Part shown: piece by piece, positions 57,876 to 64,000 of the stretch
How positions within the stretch are numbered: the first letter of the stretch is position 1
How the letters are laid out: each line of letters opens with the position of its first letter
Assembly (NCBI GenBank): GCA_963828165.1
Contig: CAWHDR010000001.1
Coordinates: 1,152,001 to 1,216,000 of the forward strand
Direction: 5' to 3'
Origin: an uncultured Chloroflexia bacterium
Lineage (GTDB): Bacteria > Chloroflexota > Limnocylindria > Limnocylindrales > CSP1-4
Length of the DNA stretch: 64,000 nucleotides
The notes under the pieces: generated by a model
Seen by the model: only the letters and a program-made list of their open reading frames with translations
Told to the model about the DNA's origin: nothing
The model's database searches: none
Translations under genes and position numbers: made by a program

Positions 57876-58772
57876 CTAGAGACGTTGCGCCAGGGCGAGG
57901 AGCAGCCGACCGACCTCACGTGGCGACCCGAGGTAGAGGTCGGCGAGCCCGAGGAGCTCGGCAGGAGCCGGCTTGGTGGCACCTTGGACGGCCACGGTCG
58001 TCGCGGCGAGGGTCGCATCCTGCTGCCGAGCCGCGATCACGGCCTCGAACGCGTCCACGTCGCTCAATTCGTCGCCAAGGACCACCACGGCGCCCGGCCG
58101 GTGTCGCTCGAGCAGTCGCTCGACCGCCTCGCGCTTGCCGCCGGCATGGGCCGGACGCAGGTCCACGACCGACCGGCCACGGTAATGGGCGAGGCCGTGG
58201 TCGCGGATCCCCTCACGCGCCTCGACCGTCGCGATCGCGGCGACCACCGCCGCCCGCGCCGCGTCGACATCGTCGGCCTGGCGAACGTGGAACGCCACCG
58301 ACGGCCCCTTCCGCTCCACGAACAGCCAGGGCGGCGAGCCCAGCTCGTCCGCGACGGCGTCGGCCAGGCTCGCCGCTGGATCGCGGTGGGTATCGAAGGC
58401 CGGATCGGTGACCACCGGCAGGTGCTCCGCCCGCGCCCCGCGCGCCAGCGTTCCGTGCTCGAGGCCATGGTCGCCCAGGTACTCGACGCCACCGACCCGG
58501 ACGCGGGCCGCGACGTCCGACACGACCCGCCCGGTCAGGACCACGACGTGGACGCGGGCAGGTCGCTCGGTCGCGACCCGCGCGAGTGACCGCAGGCCGC
58601 GCTGGGCGACGGGCTCGATGAACGCCACCGCGGGGTCGCGCGCGCCGACGGCCAGCGTTCCGTCGAAATCGGCCACCACGAGTAGCGGGGGCGGAGCGGC
58701 GGCCAGGTGGTCCAGCGCTCGGGCGACGTCGGCCGCCGACGAGATCGGCGGCGGCCCGTCGGCCGCGGTCAC
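57876..58772 (-). CDS. otsB: Trehalose-6-phosphate phosphatase (HAD IIB)
   Basis: DFDGTL, LTGR, GDHGLE, ERKG.SVAFH.R, GK, GDELSDVDAF. Confidence 0.85.
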   Translation of the reverse strand: MTAADGPPPISSAADVARALDHLAAAPPPLLVVADFDGTLAVGARDPAVAFIEPVAQRGLRSLARVATERPARVHVVVLTGRVVSDVAARVRVGGVEYLGDHGLEHGTLARGARAEHLPVVTDPAFDTHRDPAASLADAVADELGSPPWLFVERKGPSVAFHVRQADDVDAARAAVVAAIATVEAREGIRDHGLAHYRGRSVVDLRPAHAGGKREAVERLLERHRPGAVVVLGDELSDVDAFEAVIAARQQDATLAATTVAVQGATKPAPAELLGLADLYLGSPREVGRLLLALAQRL

Positions 58773-59449
58773 GGCGTGATGTCGACGCCAGGCATGATCG
58801 CCGACAGGCCGCGGGCCATGATGTCCGGCCCGATCCCGCCGAGCGCGCCATCGCGGATGATCCCGTCCTTATCGATCCAGAAGTGGACGGGCAGGGCCAG
58901 CGCCTCCCAGCGCGCCTGCGCGGAGCCGTCGCTGTCGAGTCCGATGGGGAACGTGGCGGAGAGGCTCTCGGCGAAGGCTGCGACGGCGCCTTCCTCCTCC
59001 TTGACGTCGATGGCCAGGACCACGAGGCCGTCGTCGGCGTAGCGGGCCGCGAAGCCGTTCATGAGCGGGAACTCGTCGAGACAGGGCGGGCAATAGGTCC
59101 CCATGAAGTTGACCCAGACCGGCTTCCCGCGCAGGTTCGCGAGGTCGATCGTGCCACCGCCGACCTGGGGCACCGCGAGCGCCGGGGCTGGCTCACCGAC
59201 GTGGAACAGGCCTGCCGACCCGGAGCTCGAGGCGCCGGCGGTCGGCAGCGCTCCGGAACCCGAAGGACTCGGCGAGGCGGGCGTGCCGGCGGGCGACGGG
59301 GAAAGCACCGGGATCGAGACGGATGGCACGGGCGCGGGCGTGGCCGCCGAACCGCGCTCGGGAGCCAGGGCGAGGATCCCCCCGAGCACGAGCAAGGCGA
59401 CGGCGACGCCGGCGAGCAGGCCGGCGATGATCGACAAGCGTGGCGACAT
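58769..59449 (-). CDS. Membrane-anchored TlpA/ResA-type thiol-disulfide oxidoreductase
   Basis: N-terminal TM, P/S linker, LRGKPVWVNF.GTYCPPC..E.P, LP.H.WIDKDG. Confidence 0.88.
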   Translation of the reverse strand: MSPRLSIIAGLLAGVAVALLVLGGILALAPERGSAATPAPVPSVSIPVLSPSPAGTPASPSPSGSGALPTAGASSSGSAGLFHVGEPAPALAVPQVGGGTIDLANLRGKPVWVNFMGTYCPPCLDEFPLMNGFAARYADDGLVVLAIDVKEEEGAVAAFAESLSATFPIGLDSDGSAQARWEALALPVHFWIDKDGIIRDGALGGIGPDIMARGLSAIMPGVDITP

Positions 59450-59520
59450 GATCGCGCGGAGGGTACCAGTACGGACGGTCGGAAGCGTGACGATGATGCT
59501 CCCGCTACGCTTCCGCTCTC

Positions 59521-60207
59521 ATGGGCGATCGCTTCGATTTCTTCCGCACCCGATTGCTTCCGGCCCTGCTCACCGCGGGTGGCGTCACGCTGCTCGCGGC
59601 AGGCCTGCTGACCTACACGGTCCCGGTCGCAGCGGAACCCGTTGCCACGCCCACGCCGCGAGCGACGGCCGCGGCGACCCCCACGCCGCCACCGCGCGTC
59701 ACGCTCCCGCCGATCGGGACGCCGACACCGGCCCCCCCGACCGCGAGCCCCGACCCCAACCGGGTCGCGACGCGTGTCCGGATCGCCGCGCTGGACATCG
59801 ACATGCCGGTCATCAAGGGCCCGGCCGGGTATCCACCCTGCGACGTCGCGATGTACATCAAGGAGCTCTACCAGCCAGGGCAGGACCGGGCGATCTACAT
59901 CTTCGCGCACGCCAGGCCAGGGATGTTCGAGCCGCTGCTCAAGACCAAGGCTCCTGAACAGCGCGGCAGCGTGGTCGAGGTCTGGACGAGCGACGACCAG
60001 CTCTTCCTCTACGAGATCGTCGAGGTCCGGCGTGGCCAGACCGATCTCGAGGACGCGATCGCCGCCGATACCGAGGAGCTGTGGCTCCAGACCTCGGAAG
60101 GCCCGCGTGGCACCCCCGGCAAGACCCAGGTCATCGCCAAGCCGCTGTCCAGCGGCCCGGCCGATCCGGCCGACGCCCACCCGAAGGCCGAGCCGCGGGC
60201 CTGCTAG
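59521..60207 (+). CDS. Sortase-fold (class F-like) membrane-anchored protein with Ser at the catalytic Cys position
   Basis: TM and Pro/Thr linker, RVRIAALDIDMPV, PGQ..AIYIFAH, GSVVEV...YEIVE, LWLQTSEG, VIA. Confidence 0.7.
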   Translation: MGDRFDFFRTRLLPALLTAGGVTLLAAGLLTYTVPVAAEPVATPTPRATAAATPTPPPRVTLPPIGTPTPAPPTASPDPNRVATRVRIAALDIDMPVIKGPAGYPPCDVAMYIKELYQPGQDRAIYIFAHARPGMFEPLLKTKAPEQRGSVVEVWTSDDQLFLYEIVEVRRGQTDLEDAIAADTEELWLQTSEGPRGTPGKTQVIAKPLSSGPADPADAHPKAEPRAC

Positions 60208-60220
60208 CCCGACCCGGAGC

Positions 60221-61270
60221 CTAGATCCAGCCGATCCGCCGCAGGAACAGCGCCAGGCCGGTCGCCCCGACGACCGTGGCACCGGTGACGACCCAGAACC
60301 CGCCGGCGTTGGTCGCCTCGCTCATCCCGAACAGACCGCCGACCGCGCCGATGCCGGCCAGGATGACCGTCACGCCGGTCAGTCGCTTCATGATGATCGA
60401 GAGGTTGTTGTTGACCTGCGTCAGGTACACGTCCAGGGTGGCCGCGGCCAGCTCGCGGTAGTTATCCAGCTCGTCGGTCAGACGGATGATGTGGTCGTAG
60501 ATGTCGCGGAAGTAGACGATCTCCTCGGGGTCGATGAGCGGGGTCTCGCGGTTCGTGAGCTGGTTGAAGACCTCGCGCACGGGCCCGACGTGCCGACGCA
60601 CCTCGATGAGCTTGCGCTTGAGGTGGAACAGGCGATGGAGCGCGTCGGGGTTCGCCGTGAGGACGACCTCGTCCTGGACCTCGTCGATGGCATCGCCGAT
60701 GCGGTCCGCGAACGGGAAGTAGCTGTCGACCAGGTCATCACTGATCGCCCACAGCAGGTGGTCCGGCCCGTGCTTCAGCATCGGCCCCACACCGGAGCGC
60801 AGGTGGTGGGAGGCGCGCGGGTCCCACGTTCGATCGTGCGCCGTCATCAGGAACCCGAGTCCGAGCACCAGGTCGATCTCGGTGATGACGACCTCATCGG
60901 TGTACTCGAGGTCGAACATCACGATGTGGACGACGCCGTCCGTCAGCTCGATCTTGGCGCGCTGGTTGCCCTCGAGGATGTCCTCCACGATGAGCGGATG
61001 CAGCGAAAGGAGCGCGCCGACCTGCTGGACCTGGTCGGCGGACGGTCCGGTCAGATCCACCCACACGGACGCGTCGGAATGGCGCAGGAGGTCCGGCAGC
61101 TTGGTGAGGGCGGTCGGGCCCTCCCATTCCTCGGCCCTGCCCTCGACGTAGGCGGAGACTCGCACCGTACCGGGGCCCTGATCGGCTACTGGGGGGCGGT
61201 GAAGGGCGACCGGCTCGCCGGCGCGGCCGGTCGGACGCTCAGAGGATGACACCGGGGTCCTTGTTGCCAT
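60221..61270 (-). CDS. corA: CorA-family Mg2+/Co2+ transporter; start uncertain
   Basis: WVDL, LHPLIVEDI...QRAK, DLVDSYFP, YFRDIYDH, MKRLT, GLFGMS. Confidence 0.85.
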   Translation of the reverse strand: MATRTPVSSSERPTGRAGEPVALHRPPVADQGPGTVRVSAYVEGRAEEWEGPTALTKLPDLLRHSDASVWVDLTGPSADQVQQVGALLSLHPLIVEDILEGNQRAKIELTDGVVHIVMFDLEYTDEVVITEIDLVLGLGFLMTAHDRTWDPRASHHLRSGVGPMLKHGPDHLLWAISDDLVDSYFPFADRIGDAIDEVQDEVVLTANPDALHRLFHLKRKLIEVRRHVGPVREVFNQLTNRETPLIDPEEIVYFRDIYDHIIRLTDELDNYRELAAATLDVYLTQVNNNLSIIMKRLTGVTVILAGIGAVGGLFGMSEATNAGGFWVVTGATVVGATGLALFLRRIGWI

Positions 61271-62936
61271 CGCCGGTGAGCATACGCGGGTCGTCTCGCA
61301 GCGTCGGGTCGTCCGCCAGTGCGGGCCTTCCGCGCGTCGCGCCGCCGAGCGCCAGCGCGGGCGGAACGGCCGCGACCGTCACGAGCGCCGCGACGACGAA
61401 CAGCCCGACCATGATCGAGGCGGCTTCGCGCGAGGCCCACGACTCGAGCGCCTCCACGACCAGCGGATCGCGCAGCGGCCGGTCGCGGAGGTTCTCGGGG
61501 ATGAACGCGAGGTACGAATCGGGCGTGGCGTAGATATCGGCCGACAGGCGATCGATGGTCGTCGACCCATACGCGGTCAACACGGCGAGCCCGATCGCCA
61601 TGCCGATCATGCGGGCGACCGTGACGACGGACGATGCGACACCGAAGGCCGCTCGACCGGCGGCCTCCACCGCGGCCGTCGATCGGGGCGTGACCGCCAG
61701 GCCGAACCCGAAGCCGAAGACGCCCAGCCCGAGCGCGGCGGCGCGGATGTCCGTCGCCGGGTCCCACATGGCCATGGCGGCCAGTCCGGCGACACTCAGC
61801 GCAAGCCCGGCCAGGGTGACCACGCGGTAGCTCAGGACACGGACGGCGAAGCCGGACACGAGTGCGCCGACCGCGGTCGCCGCCGCCAGTGATCCGAGTG
61901 CCAGGCGCTGTTCATCCGGACCGCCGTACAGCACGCGATCGACGAACACCGCCCCACCGATGATCGCGGTCGCAAACGCGTACCCGGTCAGGAGCGACAC
62001 GAGGGATGCCGCGCTGAACGAGCGGCTGCGGAACAAGCGGACGTCGAGGAACGGGTCGGCCGCGCGCAGCGCACGGGCGATGGCGACCAGCGTCGCTGCA
62101 AGCGCGAGAACACCGAGACCGGTCGAAACAGCACCGGGGTCGAGGTCCGTGCCGGCGATCGCCGTCGCGCCCAGCAAGGTCAGCCCGATCAAGCCCGAGG
62201 CCAGCGCGATCCCGAAGAGCGCGGCGCCCACGACGTCCAACCGTCCGGCCCGCCTGGGCGTGTCCCAGCCCGCACCGGCGGCCCATGCGAGGACGATCCC
62301 GACGAGGCCGATCGGCACGTTGATGTAGAAGATCCAGCGCCACGCAGGGACCGCGATGTCGGCCATGACCGAGTTCGCGAGGCCGGCCGGGATCAGGGCC
62401 TCCTCGGGGTGCACCGCCGAGAGGATGGCCGCCCCAAGGAACGGCCCGGCGGCCATGCCCAGGAAGGTCAGGGCGCCGATGACTCCAAGCGCCCGCGGTC
62501 GGGCTGCGCCCGCGAAGAGGTGGGCCGCTGCCGCCGTACCGACCGGGACGAGGATCCCACCCCCCACCGCCTGGACGAGCCGCGCGGCGATGAGCTGATC
62601 CAGGTCCTGGGCCATGCCGGCGAGCGCGCTGCCGATGGTGAAGATCGCGAGCGCGGCGATGAACGGCCGCCGGGCCCCCCACAGGTCTGCGATCCGGCCG
62701 GCAAGCGGCATCATCAGGATGTACACGAGCAGGTATCCATTGATGATCCAGCTCGCCTTGCGCAGCTCGATCCAGGCCGAGGTCCCGTCCGCGTCGACGA
62801 GGTCGGCCAGGATCGATGGCAGTGCGACCGCTGTGATCATCAACTCGAGCCCGGCGAGGAAGACCCCGGCCCCGAACACCGCGAGCAACGCGTACGCCGA
62901 ACGGCGGTCCGTGACGCGCTCCGGCGTCCCGCTCAC
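61239..62936 (-). CDS. MFS transporter, DHA2 (EmrB/QacA-like)
   Basis: ALPSI, WIINGYLL, GRIADLWG.R, ARLVQAVGGG, WRWIFYINVPIG, PFLD.RLF. Confidence 0.88.
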   Translation of the reverse strand: MSGTPERVTDRRSAYALLAVFGAGVFLAGLELMITAVALPSILADLVDADGTSAWIELRKASWIINGYLLVYILMMPLAGRIADLWGARRPFIAALAIFTIGSALAGMAQDLDQLIAARLVQAVGGGILVPVGTAAAAHLFAGAARPRALGVIGALTFLGMAAGPFLGAAILSAVHPEEALIPAGLANSVMADIAVPAWRWIFYINVPIGLVGIVLAWAAGAGWDTPRRAGRLDVVGAALFGIALASGLIGLTLLGATAIAGTDLDPGAVSTGLGVLALAATLVAIARALRAADPFLDVRLFRSRSFSAASLVSLLTGYAFATAIIGGAVFVDRVLYGGPDEQRLALGSLAAATAVGALVSGFAVRVLSYRVVTLAGLALSVAGLAAMAMWDPATDIRAAALGLGVFGFGFGLAVTPRSTAAVEAAGRAAFGVASSVVTVARMIGMAIGLAVLTAYGSTTIDRLSADIYATPDSYLAFIPENLRDRPLRDPLVVEALESWASREAASIMVGLFVVAALVTVAAVPPALALGGATRGRPALADDPTLRDDPRMLTGDGNKDPGVIL

Positions 62937-63946
62937 TGCGAGGCGACCCGGAAGCCGATGTGCTTGTCGCCGTACGTCGGTGGGTCTTCGTAGTGCCGGT
63001 AGGCCGAGCGCGCCACGAACTCGTTGCTCCCCCACCAGCCGCCCTTCTCGACCTTGGTGGTGCCGGTCGCCGGACCGGTCGGATCGGTATCCGGGCTGGT
63101 GGCGTAGTAGTCGGCCGCCAGCCAGTCGGAGACCCATTCCATGGCGTTCCCGGCCATGTCGTTGGCGCCCACCCAGCTGACCCCGGTCGGGTAGCTCCCG
63201 ACCGGGGTAGGGGCGACGCTGTTGACGACGTTGGCGCGGTCGGTATCGAACGTGTCGCCCCACGGGTAGATCGGGGACTCAGGTCCACGAGCCGCGTACT
63301 CCCACTCGGCCTCGGTCGGAAGACGGCCGCCACGCCAGGCCGCGTACGCATTTGCCTCGAACCAGGTCAGGCACATCCGGGGCTGATCCGGCACATCGCC
63401 CTGACAGTGGAGCGGCAGGCGAGCCGCATCCTTCCCGCCCAGCCACGCCCATCCGTCAGGTGACCAGAGCGCCTGATTCGCATAGCCCCCGGCCTCGACG
63501 AAGCCCGCGAATGCCCGGTTCGTGACCTCGTCCCGGTCGATCCAGTAGCCCTTCGTGAGCGTGACCTCGTGCGCGGGCTGCTCGCTCGGGAACTCGCTGG
63601 CGACCCACGGCGGCGGGTCTGCCGCGGTCAGGGCGGCGATGGCCTCCGCGTCGGTGCCCATCGTGAAGGTCCCGGCCGGCACCCAGACCTGGTCGATCCC
63701 GAACGGGTCGGTGCGTTGCTGGCCGGCCGTCTGGCCGTCGGACGGGACCGGGGTGGGGGCCGCAGATGGCGCCTCACTCGATGCGACGGACGCCGCTGCA
63801 CTCGGCGCGCTGGAGGTGCTTGCCGGCGTGGTCGCCGACGGCGCTGCGGTCGAAGGGGTCCCGCCCGAGCAGGCGGCGAGCAGTAGCGTGCCGGTCAGGA
63901 GGATCGCGCCCGCGCGGGCACGACCGAGGGGTAGGGAGGACTGCAT
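62933..63946 (-). CDS. FGE-sulfatase (SUMF1/EgtB/PvdO) domain lipoprotein
   Basis: LAAC lipobox, P.GTFTMG, EVTN, RLPTEAEWEYAARG, DMAGN..EW, GFR. Confidence 0.88.
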   Translation of the reverse strand: MQSSLPLGRARAGAILLTGTLLLAACSGGTPSTAAPSATTPASTSSAPSAAASVASSEAPSAAPTPVPSDGQTAGQQRTDPFGIDQVWVPAGTFTMGTDAEAIAALTAADPPPWVASEFPSEQPAHEVTLTKGYWIDRDEVTNRAFAGFVEAGGYANQALWSPDGWAWLGGKDAARLPLHCQGDVPDQPRMCLTWFEANAYAAWRGGRLPTEAEWEYAARGPESPIYPWGDTFDTDRANVVNSVAPTPVGSYPTGVSWVGANDMAGNAMEWVSDWLAADYYATSPDTDPTGPATGTTKVEKGGWWGSNEFVARSAYRHYEDPPTYGDKHIGFRVASQ

Positions 63947-64000
63947 CGGCTGATGCTACCCGTACGGATGGGAGAGATCGGTCCGGCCCTTGCTACCACG

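Noticed and set aside
59180-59760. Pro/Thr/Ser-rich repeats
   Set aside because: Ordinary low-complexity linkers of membrane-anchored proteins, not DNA repeat arrays
62933-63946. True formylglycine-generating enzyme
   Set aside because: Lacks the catalytic Cys pair near the RGGS-like motif (reads KGGWWGSNEFVARSAYR) and no sulfatase gene is in view
1-64000. CRISPR arrays, tRNA, rRNA, transposases
   Set aside because: None recognised by eye; a tRNAscan/Infernal/CRISPR scan would be needed to exclude them formally

Overview
High-GC bacterial window. Gene content (several F420-type LLM enzymes, nuo gene style) is compatible with Chloroflexota such as Limnocylindria, but that is inference. It has four blocks. 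(1) 1-4.8 kb: end of purH, glpX, a YeiH-type exporter, an MBL-rhodanese fusion and kynU. (2) About 4.8-38.6 kb: a large accessory catabolic region with 4 LLM oxidoreductases, a cyclic amidohydrolase, a NitT/TauT ABC transporter, an acetone-carboxylase/hydantoinase-like pair with a fused gamma subunit, a CoA-transferase and citryl-CoA-lyase-like pair, a ThDP enzyme, an isochorismatase, a cupin and an XDH-family molybdoenzyme. At least seven of its promoter regions carry degenerate TG-N4-CA boxes repeated at exactly 21-bp spacing, probably a GntR regulon. (3) 38.6-57.9 kb: folK, pepE, a CofC-like protein, a MidA/NDUFAF7 methyltransferase and a highly unusual complex I operon. nuoEFG are missing from their normal position, and nuoI is split into two halves that enclose an electron-input module (NuoI-N::NuoE-NTD, degenerate NuoF, NuoG-N/GltD::NuoI-C). 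This suggests an NADPH-fed complex I whose NuoI clusters are shared between two polypeptides, and is the main candidate novel system. (4) 57.9-64 kb: otsB, TlpA, a sortase-fold protein with Ser in place of the catalytic Cys, CorA, an MFS transporter and an FGE-like lipoprotein. Several single-base frameshifts, some in homopolymer runs, look like sequencing errors rather than pseudogenes.
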